Assembly (NCBI GenBank): GCA_903889905.1
Contig: CAISZI010000001.1
Coordinates: 1 to 46,231, forward strand
Reading direction: 5' to 3'
DNA length: 46,231 nucleotides
Source of the DNA: Candidatus Wirthbacteria bacterium
GTDB lineage: Bacteria > Patescibacteriota > CG2-30-54-11
The position numbers and the translations under genes are program-made. Every line of letters begins with the position of its first letter. The stretch's first letter is position 1. Shown in pieces: positions 9,912 to 18,782 of the stretch. The notes under the pieces were generated by a model. It had not been told where the DNA came from, did no database searches, and was given only the letters and a program-made list of their open reading frames with translations.

Positions 9912-10229
9912 TCATCGCCCCGTCACCCTCATGCGCTCCACTTTGACGGTTTGCGGCAGCTCCGCATTGATTTGGTCAATCAAATCCAACGTGCTGAGGC
10001 GCAGTTTTTGGGAGACATACGGATCCTGGACCATCACCACCAGTTCGCCCTCGCGGCAGGAGCGCGCACATGGAGTGGCTGCGGTGGAGGTAAAATTTTT
10101 GTCCAGTACCTGTTGGGCAACATTCAGAATATAGGCTTCATCAACTTTGGCTTTGGGCAGGTTGTGTCGCTGCAGAAAACCGCCAAACAGGTCGGTGAGC
10201 GCTGTCGCTTCGGCGTCATTTTTGGTCAT
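9912..10229 (-). CDS. dciA: DciA / DUF721-family protein
   Basis: 105 aa from ATG at 10229; GELVVMVQDPYVSQKLRL...LIDQIN matches the DUF721 pattern; immediately downstream of and overlapping recF. Confidence 0.7.
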   Translation of the reverse strand: MTKNDAEATALTDLFGGFLQRHNLPKAKVDEAYILNVAQQVLDKNFTSTAATPCARSCREGELVVMVQDPYVSQKLRLSTLDLIDQINAELPQTVKVERMRVTGR

Positions 10230-11334
10230 GTGTAAATTTCCCTTCATGCACACGATAAAGAGTACCCTGGCGCAGCAGACTGGGGCTAAAAAAGGAAGTC
10301 TCGGTGGCAGTAAAGATCGTCTGGTAGGGAAGGGTGGCCGCTTCAATGCGCTCGCGATTAGGCTTATCCATCTCAGACATGACGTCATCCAGAAGCAAGA
10401 TTGGTTTGGTTTGAGTAACTATTTCCAGAGACTGAAGCTCGGCCAGTTTTAGCGCAATGGCCAATGTCCTTGTTTCGCCGCGGGAGGCATAGTCAGCAAC
10501 GACATTGCCCCCCCGTAATGGGTACAAATCGTCCAGGTGTGGGCCCAAACAGGTACGGCCCAATGCGCGCTCGCGCTGGTGCAGGAACTGCAGCTGCTCA
10601 CCGTAAAGCTCGGCAATCGCGACGGCAGAGGGTTGTTTGTCGTGAAAATTTAACGCCGGGTGATAATGCAGGTTGGGCGGATCATGATCGTGCCAGAGCT
10701 CAGCACTAAGCTGGTCATAGAGCGGGATAAACAGGGTTAGAAACTGCAAGCGTTCAGACCAAATGATCGCGGCCGATTCCACCAATGTTGTCGTTAGAAC
10801 TTGCAGCAATTGTTCGTTGATGTGGCCGTTGAGGGCTCCCAGCTCCAGGACTTTGTTGCGATTCTGGAGAGTCTTTTCGTAACGTGACAGGTGGTTTTTA
10901 TAAACATGGCTGAGGGAAGCCAGCAGATTGTCGATAAATTCCCGGCGGCGTGATGGTGGTCCGGTAAAGATGCGGACATCCGCAGGCGAAAAAAAAACGG
11001 TATAGAAGGGAATGCGCCTTTTGGAAAATGGCTTGGAGACTCCCTGCTCAAGGAATTCCTTTTGCAACCTTCCGCTTGCTGACCGCACCATGCGGCGCTC
11101 AATATCCCCATTGGCGGTGCTGCCGCTGACTTTGGCAAAGGGCGCGCCGTGCTGCACCAGGTGTTTGAGTTCGGACCCACGCGCCAGACGGTCTTTGGCA
11201 AGCAGATTGATGGCTTCGAGCACGCTCGTCTTGCCTTGACCGTTGTCGCCCACCAGGAACGATCGTGGTGAAGCAAGCGCAAGTTCGGCGCGGGTAACGA
11301 TACGGAAATTTTGGATCACAATCTGGTTGAGCAT
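10216..11334 (-). CDS. recF: DNA replication/repair protein RecF
   Basis: IQNFR, GDNGQGKTSVLEAI, GPPSRRREFID, GPHLDD, SRGETR, PILLLDDVMSEMD; start placed at MLNQIV (11334). Confidence 0.95.
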   Translation of the reverse strand: MLNQIVIQNFRIVTRAELALASPRSFLVGDNGQGKTSVLEAINLLAKDRLARGSELKHLVQHGAPFAKVSGSTANGDIERRMVRSASGRLQKEFLEQGVSKPFSKRRIPFYTVFFSPADVRIFTGPPSRRREFIDNLLASLSHVYKNHLSRYEKTLQNRNKVLELGALNGHINEQLLQVLTTTLVESAAIIWSERLQFLTLFIPLYDQLSAELWHDHDPPNLHYHPALNFHDKQPSAVAIAELYGEQLQFLHQRERALGRTCLGPHLDDLYPLRGGNVVADYASRGETRTLAIALKLAELQSLEIVTQTKPILLLDDVMSEMDKPNRERIEAATLPYQTIFTATETSFFSPSLLRQGTLYRVHEGKFTHDQK

Positions 11335-11353
11335 GTTATGGGGGGATACGTTA

Positions 11354-11377
11354 AGGGACACGGCCTGGCGTGTCCCT
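11354..11377. repeat. REP-like GC-rich palindrome
   Basis: AGGGACACG-gcctgg-CGTGTCCCT perfect 9-bp stem between dnaN and recF; related to 12896-12923. Confidence 0.6.
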
Positions 11378-11403
11378 GTTAAAAAAGACAAAAGACAGAA
11401 CGC

Positions 11404-12528
11404 TTAAGCCCTGATCGGCATAATCACGTAAGTATACTGGCTGGAGACCTTGTCGTTGCCCTGGGGGATGAGGATGCCGGGCGCCAGTGCGTCATTAAGA
11501 CGCATGGTGATTTCGGCTTCACCCGCGACAGCCAGAAAGTCAGTTACATAACGCGAATTATAGGCGATTTTGTTGTCCTCACCTGTAATTTTGGCGCTCA
11601 TCACCGTGCTGTTTTCACCCACCTGGGAGGAAGCGGCCTTAATCGTGAGCGTTTGTTTGGCCTGATCTAACTCGAAATGCACCACCGAGGCGCTGTCTTT
11701 GGCAAAAAGGGCGGCAATGCGCACGGCTTTTTGGAGCTCGTCGCGTTTGATGGTCGCTTCGGTTTTAAATTTAGCGGGAATAATCTGTTTGTAATCAGGA
11801 TACTGGCCAATCAAAAGGCGGGAAAAGAGTTGCACTTCTTTGTAACTAAAAATCACCTGATTGTCGTCATAAGCCACTTCCACGACGTCATCTTTGCCGG
11901 CACCGGCAAGAATGCGTTGCAGTTCGTTGAGATTACGGGCAGGAATGATCAGACGGCTGCCGGATTTGGTGGAATCTTCGTGTAATTCGATTTTTTTCTC
12001 AGCCAGGCGATAACCGTCGGCGGCGACCAGCGTCATTTTTTTACCATCCAAGAGCATCATGACGCCCGTGATGACTGGACGGGATTCGTCCGAGGCTGCG
12101 GAAAAGCTAACCAGAGGAATATTGGAGACCAAATCAGAGGCATTAATGACGACTTTTTCGGCGCCTTTGAGAGCCGGGTTTTCGGGAAATTCATCAGCAT
12201 CTATGCCATTGAAGCTGGCTTCGTAGTTACCGCTTTTCACGGTCATGATGTTGTTGGTAAGAGTGAAGTCGATCTTGTCTTCGGGCACGGAACTGACAAA
12301 TTCGGCCAGGAGCTTGGCGGGTACGGTGAATTTACCTTCCTGTTCCACTTTGGCGCCCACGTTGGCATTAATGCCAACGTCCAAATTAGTGCCCGCCACC
12401 CAGACTTGTTTGTCGGTCGCCTTGATCAGCACATTGCTCAAAACGGGGAGTGTGGGACGGGGGCTGACTATTCTCGCTAGGGTTTGTAATATAGGATCTA
12501 AATTGGATTTGAGACAAGAGAACTGCAT
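11404..12528 (-). CDS. dnaN: DNA polymerase III beta sliding clamp
   Basis: PTLPVLSNVLI, GTNLD, SDESRPVITGV, AADGYRLA, GQYPDY, YVIMPIR. Confidence 0.98.
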   Translation of the reverse strand: MQFSCLKSNLDPILQTLARIVSPRPTLPVLSNVLIKATDKQVWVAGTNLDVGINANVGAKVEQEGKFTVPAKLLAEFVSSVPEDKIDFTLTNNIMTVKSGNYEASFNGIDADEFPENPALKGAEKVVINASDLVSNIPLVSFSAASDESRPVITGVMMLLDGKKMTLVAADGYRLAEKKIELHEDSTKSGSRLIIPARNLNELQRILAGAGKDDVVEVAYDDNQVIFSYKEVQLFSRLLIGQYPDYKQIIPAKFKTEATIKRDELQKAVRIAALFAKDSASVVHFELDQAKQTLTIKAASSQVGENSTVMSAKITGEDNKIAYNSRYVTDFLAVAGEAEITMRLNDALAPGILIPQGNDKVSSQYTYVIMPIRA

Positions 12529-12554
12529 GGGGCGCTCCCAATAAGAATAGGATG

Positions 12555-12743
12555 TTATAAATTTAAAAAATCGTAGGGGTCGTAGGCTGGTGGATTTGGT
12601 GGAAAAGTGGTTTTAGCATTGTGGTGACGGCCAGAGATTTCCCTGGCGCATATTGTAAAACTTTTTATCGGTTGTGTATAGATTGCGACGGGTGAAATAA
12701 TCCACAAGCTTTCCTCATTTTTTCCACCGGGGAATGTGGATGA
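12555..12743 (-). other. oriC: Replication origin oriC: DnaA boxes, DnaA-trios and AT-rich unwinding region
   Basis: Minus strand reads TTTTCCACC AAATCCACC AGCC TACGACCCCTACGA TTTTTTAAATTTATAA (12606 to 12555). Further boxes: TAATCCACA 12698-12706, TTTTCCACC 12720-12728, TGTGGATGA 12735-12743, TGTGTATAG 12673-12681. Located between dnaA and dnaN. Confidence 0.85.
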
Positions 12744-12781
12744 CGAGAAACATGATTTGGGATGATTAAACAAGCAAATAA

Positions 12782-12881
12782 GCTGTCGTTGCGAGGAGGC
12801 TTTTGCGACGTGGTAATCTCTCTAAAAAAAGAACAAAAAACTAGATTACCGCGGGAATGGTAATTCCCTCGCAATGACAGC
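12782..12881. repeat. ~100-bp palindromic element (GTCATTGCGAG...CTCGCAATGAC type)
   Basis: Terminal inverted repeats GCTGTCGTTGCGAGG / CCTCGCAATGACAGC (14/15 match) plus an inner pair GGTAATCT / AGATTACC. Confidence 0.75.
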
Positions 12882-12895
12882 CAACCACAAACCCC

Positions 12896-12923
12896 GTAGC
12901 GACGGGGCGCGACCTGTCCCTGT
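12896..12923. repeat. REP-like palindrome (GTAG type) at the dnaA stop
   Basis: GTAGCGACGGGGCGCGACCTGTCCCTGT, imperfect hairpin sharing the TGTCCCTGT end with 11354-11379. Confidence 0.5.
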
Positions 12924-12924
12924 G

Positions 12925-14379
12925 TTACGTATAGACTTTTTGTTCGATAATATCGATTTCATTTTTGAGGGTGTCATCGGTAAGGAGCTGGTCTTCGATC
13001 TTTTGGCAGGAATGCATGACTGTGGTATGGTCTTTACCGCCAAATTCGGCGCCGATCTGGCTAAGGGACAATTTGGATAAATCGCGCATCAGGTACATGG
13101 CAATTTGCCGGGGGAGCATGACTTCTTTTTTGCGGCTGATGCCGGTGATCTCCTCGGCCGGAAGGTTGTAATAAGAGGCAATTGCTTGAAGGATTTTGTC
13201 GGGATGGATTTTTTTGGGCGCGGCGGTGTCTTTGTAGGTGACCAGGATATTTTCGGCGACATCGCGTGTCAGGGGCAGATTGTGAACCTTGGAATGGGTC
13301 AAGACCATATTGAGCGCGCCTTCGAGTTCGCGGATGTTGGAAGTGACGCGTTCGGCGATCACCACCAGCACGTCTTCGGGAATATTGAGGCTGCGTGACT
13401 TGGCGACCAGGATGGCCATGCGCGTTTCAAAACTGGCTTTCTGGATATCGGCAATCAGCCCCGCACCAAAACGGGATTTCAACCTGTCTTCCAGGGTTGG
13501 AATCGCCTTGGGTGGCCGGTCGGATGAGAGCACGATCTGGCTGCCGGAGTTATATAACTCGTTGAACGTATGAAAAAATTCTTCCTGGGTTGAATCCTTG
13601 CCCGCGATGAACTGGATGTCGTCGATCAGGAGCACGTTGGCGGAACGGTATTTGGCCCGAAACTGTTCGGTCTGGTTGGTGCGGATGGAGGAGATTAAGT
13701 CGTTGGTAAACTTTTCCGAGGTTTCGTACAAAATTTTGGCCTGCGGGAATTTGGCCAGTACGCGTTTGGCAATGGCGTGCATCAGGTGAGTCTTGCCCAG
13801 GCCGACGCCACCATAGAGAAACAGGGGATTGTAGGCTTCTCCCGGTTGCTCGGCAACGGCCACAGCCGCCGCGTGGGCCAGTTTGTTATTGTCCCCCACG
13901 ACATAATTATCAAAAGTATAGCGTGAACTCGCTGCGCTGTTGCCTTTGCCGTTGAGGTAGGCGTGCAGCGGCGGGAGACCGCTCTGGCTGGGTGCGGGGC
14001 GCTTGATGCCATCCATCCCAACATTGCTCATGCCCGGGCTGCCACTGGCGGAATTTTGTGCCAGGGAAGCCTGTGCGTTTTCAGTCGCTGCAAACATGCC
14101 CCGGGGCGGTGCCTCAGCGGGCGTGACAGCGACGATTTTGCAGGCAATTTTGGTCATTTCTCCCAAATGCTGCGAGAGAGTTTTTTCAATGATCGGCTGG
14201 TATTTGGTTTCAATGCGCGTTTTGCAAAACCCATTGGGCACAGCCAGTGTCCACATGCCCGGTTCGGACGTGAGCAAACGGCTCTGTTTGATCCAGGTGT
14301 TGTAATTGGCTGGGCTGATCAGCATTTCCAGTTCGCCCAAAACCACGGTCCAGATTTTGTAGGGGTCGATGGTGGACAT
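12925..14379 (-). CDS. dnaA: Chromosomal replication initiator DnaA
   Basis: YTFDNYVVG, YNPLFLYGGVGLGKTHLMHAI, LLIDDIQF, QEEFFHTFN, NIRELEGAL, RQIAMYL, GGKDHTTVMH. Confidence 0.99.
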   Translation of the reverse strand: MSTIDPYKIWTVVLGELEMLISPANYNTWIKQSRLLTSEPGMWTLAVPNGFCKTRIETKYQPIIEKTLSQHLGEMTKIACKIVAVTPAEAPPRGMFAATENAQASLAQNSASGSPGMSNVGMDGIKRPAPSQSGLPPLHAYLNGKGNSAASSRYTFDNYVVGDNNKLAHAAAVAVAEQPGEAYNPLFLYGGVGLGKTHLMHAIAKRVLAKFPQAKILYETSEKFTNDLISSIRTNQTEQFRAKYRSANVLLIDDIQFIAGKDSTQEEFFHTFNELYNSGSQIVLSSDRPPKAIPTLEDRLKSRFGAGLIADIQKASFETRMAILVAKSRSLNIPEDVLVVIAERVTSNIRELEGALNMVLTHSKVHNLPLTRDVAENILVTYKDTAAPKKIHPDKILQAIASYYNLPAEEITGISRKKEVMLPRQIAMYLMRDLSKLSLSQIGAEFGGKDHTTVMHSCQKIEDQLLTDDTLKNEIDIIEQKVYT

Positions 14380-14386
14380 AGACTTG

Positions 14387-14506
14387 AAATTCTAAGCACT
14401 AATAACTAACAAACGAAAAACTCTAAGCACTAATCTCTAACAACCAAACCAAGCAGGACTTCCTGATTGTCTTTGTTTGGTGATTAGTATTTAGTTATTA
14501 GAATTT
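14387..14506. repeat. Heptamer-periodic inverted repeat upstream of dnaA
   Basis: TCTAAGCACTAAT occurs twice; the right arm TTAGTATTTAGTTATTAGAATTT is an imperfect reverse complement of the left-arm units. Confidence 0.65.
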
Positions 14507-14553
14507 TAAGCGTACCTGCAGTCTATCGCAAAACCGGCCCCAACTCAAACTGG

Positions 14554-17500
14554 CTACAAGCCGATGCGGTAAAGACGGACATTGACGGTGGCGTTTTGAT
14601 AGTTGGGGTAAGTAAGCAGGGTGTCGGCGGGATCGTAGTAGTATTGTAACAATCCAAATGCCGTCAGGGCGTTGCCATTGTTGATGCCAGGATGATGCGT
14701 GGGATCCTGGGAAAAAAGTGATAAACATTCGGCGCCACGCTGGCTATAGCCGTAGCCATGGCCGTTTAAGGTGCGTTGTGTAACCTTGCTTGTGGCACTT
14801 GCCGTGCAGCCGCCGTCGGCTTCGGCGTAGGTTGGTACCGTTGAGTACCAGTAGGGATCCGGGACGCCGGATGGACTCATGCCGGGATTGTTTGACCCAT
14901 AAGTATTGCCATTGCTGTAGGCAAAATACAAAGACTGGAAGAGGTGGTTGGGTTCACTGGAGTTGTTATTGGTCAAGACTTGTCCTGCGGTTTGGGTCAC
15001 TGCTTTGGTGAGGTTGGAGGCGGGTATTTCGTAACCGTAGCCATAATAAACTTGATCCTGGGCATTGTTCCTGAGGTCATAGCCACCATCTGACCATTTC
15101 CCTCCTTTTTGGATCCAGTAAAAGGCATAGGTGCGGGCAGCGACAATGTTGGCCTTGGTGTATTCGAGGTCGTGGTTCTGCCCGGATTCTCCCAGACTTT
15201 TGAGGTAGTCTTCGACTTTGATGCGGTTGATGACAGTGAGATAAGTATTGGCCTGGTTGGCCTTGGCGAGTACAACTCCACGGAACGAGGTATAACTGCC
15301 AAAACAGCCACCGCTATTGACGTCGTTTTGGTTGGGGCAGTTGTTGATCGTGACCATCGGGACCACTTGCGGGTCGGGTGAATTGACGGGAGTTAGGAGT
15401 ACGGGCAGTTTGGTTTTGACGACACGACCGGGAGTGGAGACGAAGTAATCATTGCTTTGTTTGACATAAAAGACAGAAATGGTCTGGTTGGCTCCCACGC
15501 CAAACAGCGAGCTGCCGGCTTCTTCCCCCGCGCCCAGTCCAAGAGGGCTGCTGAACTGGATGGGGCTGCCCGGGATCCAGCTGAGATGCAGGTCCGCATC
15601 ACCCGTGTCCTCACCAAATTCTACCTTGATCACGTGCGTGCCGGCCGAGAGGGTTTTGAGTGCTGAATAGTTACCACGATGCGGGCGCCATTCGTCCAAA
15701 AGCGGAGTGCTCATATCGTCGACATAGAGGCGGAGACGATCATCCACCATGGCGGTAAAGGTATAGTCGCCGGCCTGTGTAATGGTGAAACCGCCCATGT
15801 ATCGGATCGAAAAGTAATCCACAGGCAGTTGCGGGAACGGGGAACCCTGGCCCCAGCCGTAATCTAACCCGACGGAAGGGCGCGCAAGCGGTGCTCCTGT
15901 CAGGTTTTCATTGCCAAAGTACTGTGCCACATAGGTATTGTCCGGCAGCGAGTTCTGGCCCCAGGTCAGCGCGATATGGGAGGTGTTGTTGTTGTCATAA
16001 TAGTCCACACGGATGGAGTGGTTGCCAGCGGGCAGATACAGCAGGGTCGTCCGGTAGTTGTAGAGGTGGTCATTCCAGTTGTCGATCAGAATATTACCGT
16101 CCACATAAAGTCTTCCCCCGTCAGCGCTGCCCAGGGTAAAGACATAGGAATTGGCGGTCGCTGTGGTGAAATTTGCCAGGTATTGGGCCGAATAGTGGGC
16201 GGTATTTACGCCCGCCAGCGGTGAAATATGGTCAAAGAAGAGGTCTAGCTGGCCCTGACTTCCCTCCTGCCGGGTTGCGATGGGCGCTCCTGACAGTGAC
16301 ATGTTATTGAAGTAATTCCCGGTAAAGGACAAGCCGGTTCCCAAACCCAAGGTTGATAAGTCATAACTATAGTGTATAGCAGCGTCGCCAATGTGTTCCA
16401 TGTATTCAATCTTGATCGTGTGGACGCCGCTATAGAGGAATTTCACGGCTGTCACGGTTGTGCGATGGTCTTGCCATTCGTCGACCAGCGGTGTTCCCAT
16501 GTCATCGACATAGATCCGGACGCGGTCATCCACCATGGCGGTAAAGATATAGTTGCCAGTAGTATTGATCATTGTGGAGCTAATCCAGCGGACGGAAAAA
16601 TTATCGCCCGGGATGAGCAGTGATGGTGCTCCCGTTCCCCAACTAAAATCCACCGCGGGATCAATGCGGGTCATTGCCGGAGCTCCACTCAAGGTCGGGT
16701 TGTTGAAGTACTGGCCGACCGAGGCGCCGGCCGCCACGGGTCTGCGTCCCCACCAGAAGCTGAGGCGAGCGCCGCCGCCGTTTTGATAGTAGCGGACATA
16801 AATCGTATGGTCCCCTGGCGGGAGCATGATATCCGCAGATTTGAAGCCATAACGATGGTCCGACCAGTTGTCGATCAGGGGTTGCCCGTCGATGATTAAC
16901 GTTGATCCGTCGTCGCTGCCGAGAGTAAAGGTATAAGTTTCGGGGACAGCGTTATGAAATGCGGTGTAATACAGTGCCGAATAGTTTGTGTTGCCAAGCC
17001 CGGAGAGAGGGGAGGAGGTCCCAAAGTTGAGGTTCAACTGTCCATACGAACCATCCTGGCGACTGCCGATCGCGCCACCCTGGAGCGCCATGCCGTTGTA
17101 ATAATAACCATAGACATTCAGTGCCCCGTCGGTTCCCTGGCTGGTTTTTTGCCAGCTTAAATGTAGCTCTGCTCCACCGCCGGCCTGCATGTATTCGATT
17201 TTAAGTATATGGTAACCCGAACTTAGTGGAACCACCGCGTCGTGGGAAGCCATTTGGTCGTACCATTCATCCATGACGGGCGTAACCATGTCATCGACAT
17301 AGAGGCGGATGCGGTCATCCACCATGGCGGTAAAGAGATAATTGCCCGTTTGGTCAACATTAACTGCGCCAATCCAGCGGCCGCTCCAGTTGGTGTTGGG
17401 AATTCCTGCTGCTGGCGATATGTTGCCCCAGGCATAATTTAGGGTTGTCGTATCTGCTGCAGGTACACCGGCGCCACTCAAATCGCGATTGGGGAAGTAG

Positions 17501-18045
17501 GTGCCGACAAATGTCCCGATGGTCTGTGTTGTCTTATTCCAGGAAAATTTAAGGCGGGCGCCGCCGGTATTCTGGTAGTATTCAATTTTAATGGCATGTG
17601 CACCAGGGTTGAGTCCCACAACGGCGTTGGTTTCGGTATAGGCATGGTCATACCACAGGCTGGAGATGAGCGCGCCATCAATCCAGAGCTGGGCACCATC
17701 ATCCGCTCCCAGTGTCACGTTATACACTCCGGCTGTCCCCGGATCGATGTTGACAGTCCCTGCCAGTCTTGCTGACCAGTGTTGGGCAGGCATGCCAGCC
17801 GCTGGAGCCGTATCGGTTCCCCAGTTCAGGTCAACAACGTTTCCCGCGCTCTGTGTGGCGGCCGTGGTCACACGCGCTCCACTCAAGCTCTGGTTGTTGA
17901 AATAATCAATGGCTAAGGAGGTCTCTGCTGTCGCCGCCAGAGTTTGTGCAGGGAGCAGGCAAACTGACAACAAAAAGAGGACTGGTGCACCCAGCACAAG
18001 TCCTCTGAGGTGGCGAAAAATGTTTTTTTTGTTTTGGTTTGACAT
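14554..18045 (-). CDS. Secreted protein with six PA14 domains and a C-terminal SpoIID/LytB domain
   Basis: Signal-like N-terminus; six repeats of YF.N..LSG...WG..SP...S.R...YTF....DD...LY(V/I)D...EY....G.A.L..SW; C-terminal INRIKVEDYL, KANIVAARTYA, DQVYYG, GHGYGYSQRGA, LLQYYY. Confidence 0.88.
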   Translation of the reverse strand: MSNQNKKNIFRHLRGLVLGAPVLFLLSVCLLPAQTLAATAETSLAIDYFNNQSLSGARVTTAATQSAGNVVDLNWGTDTAPAAGMPAQHWSARLAGTVNIDPGTAGVYNVTLGADDGAQLWIDGALISSLWYDHAYTETNAVVGLNPGAHAIKIEYYQNTGGARLKFSWNKTTQTIGTFVGTYFPNRDLSGAGVPAADTTTLNYAWGNISPAAGIPNTNWSGRWIGAVNVDQTGNYLFTAMVDDRIRLYVDDMVTPVMDEWYDQMASHDAVVPLSSGYHILKIEYMQAGGGAELHLSWQKTSQGTDGALNVYGYYYNGMALQGGAIGSRQDGSYGQLNLNFGTSSPLSGLGNTNYSALYYTAFHNAVPETYTFTLGSDDGSTLIIDGQPLIDNWSDHRYGFKSADIMLPPGDHTIYVRYYQNGGGARLSFWWGRRPVAAGASVGQYFNNPTLSGAPAMTRIDPAVDFSWGTGAPSLLIPGDNFSVRWISSTMINTTGNYIFTAMVDDRVRIYVDDMGTPLVDEWQDHRTTVTAVKFLYSGVHTIKIEYMEHIGDAAIHYSYDLSTLGLGTGLSFTGNYFNNMSLSGAPIATRQEGSQGQLDLFFDHISPLAGVNTAHYSAQYLANFTTATANSYVFTLGSADGGRLYVDGNILIDNWNDHLYNYRTTLLYLPAGNHSIRVDYYDNNNTSHIALTWGQNSLPDNTYVAQYFGNENLTGAPLARPSVGLDYGWGQGSPFPQLPVDYFSIRYMGGFTITQAGDYTFTAMVDDRLRLYVDDMSTPLLDEWRPHRGNYSALKTLSAGTHVIKVEFGEDTGDADLHLSWIPGSPIQFSSPLGLGAGEEAGSSLFGVGANQTISVFYVKQSNDYFVSTPGRVVKTKLPVLLTPVNSPDPQVVPMVTINNCPNQNDVNSGGCFGSYTSFRGVVLAKANQANTYLTVINRIKVEDYLKSLGESGQNHDLEYTKANIVAARTYAFYWIQKGGKWSDGGYDLRNNAQDQVYYGYGYEIPASNLTKAVTQTAGQVLTNNNSSEPNHLFQSLYFAYSNGNTYGSNNPGMSPSGVPDPYWYSTVPTYAEADGGCTASATSKVTQRTLNGHGYGYSQRGAECLSLFSQDPTHHPGINNGNALTAFGLLQYYYDPADTLLTYPNYQNATVNVRLYRIGL

Positions 18046-18056
18046 GACGGAAATCC

Positions 18057-18701
18057 TTAATGGGTAGCTTCCGCCGCCTCCTCGTCCACTTTTTTCTCTT
18101 TGACAATGAGTTCCGGAGCGGTGGGTGCGGCTGCTTCAATATCTTCGGCTTTTTCTTCCTGAGGCGGTTGAATTTTGACGACAATGGTATCGCCGTCGGT
18201 AACCACTTTGACATTGGCGGGCAGGACTAAGTCCTTGACGACAATCGCGGCGTTCAGTTCGGCCAAGACGGAGACGTCAACCAGGATTTCTTTGGGCAGG
18301 TCCTGGGGCAGGCTTTCGACTTCCACTTCGCTCAATGCTTCGAGCAGGAAGCCGCCGAGCTTGAGGCCGGGGGCCGTGCCGGTTAATTTGAGGGGGACTT
18401 TGGCAGAGATTTTTTCGGTGAGGGAAACCTTGTAAAACTCTACGTTCAGGGTTTTGCGGGTGATCGGGTGGATTTGTTTCTGGTGAATCAACACGGGGAA
18501 GGATTTGCCTTCCACCTGCAAATCCACAAGTGAAGTTCCACCGGCTTTTTTGTAAACGTCGATAAAATCTTTTTCTGCAATTTGCAGGGAAATGGAGGGA
18601 AACCCATGTCCATAAACGGTTCCCGTAATCACTCCCTGATTGCGCAAAGCTTTGGCTTTGGTCTCTGACCTGGAACTGGCAGCAAGCGTAATTTTTTCCA
18701 T
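18057..18701 (-). CDS. rplY: 50S ribosomal protein L25 (long Ctc/TL5 form)
   Basis: LRNQGVITGTVYGHG, QIHPITR, VPLKLTG.APG, LPQDLPKEILVDVS; start at MEKITL (18701). Confidence 0.95.
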   Translation of the reverse strand: MEKITLAASSRSETKAKALRNQGVITGTVYGHGFPSISLQIAEKDFIDVYKKAGGTSLVDLQVEGKSFPVLIHQKQIHPITRKTLNVEFYKVSLTEKISAKVPLKLTGTAPGLKLGGFLLEALSEVEVESLPQDLPKEILVDVSVLAELNAAIVVKDLVLPANVKVVTDGDTIVVKIQPPQEEKAEDIEAAAPTAPELIVKEKKVDEEAAEATH

Positions 18702-18782
18702 ATACTGATTTCCACCCATAAAATAAGCATTGCTTATAATAGCATAGCAAATGGTCAAACTCAAGGCGAAATGGCCTCAGAA

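Noticed and set aside
14387-14506. Possible CRISPR array in the short repeats
   Set aside because: No constant repeat with unique spacers and no cas genes; the units are 7-mers in inverted arrangement.
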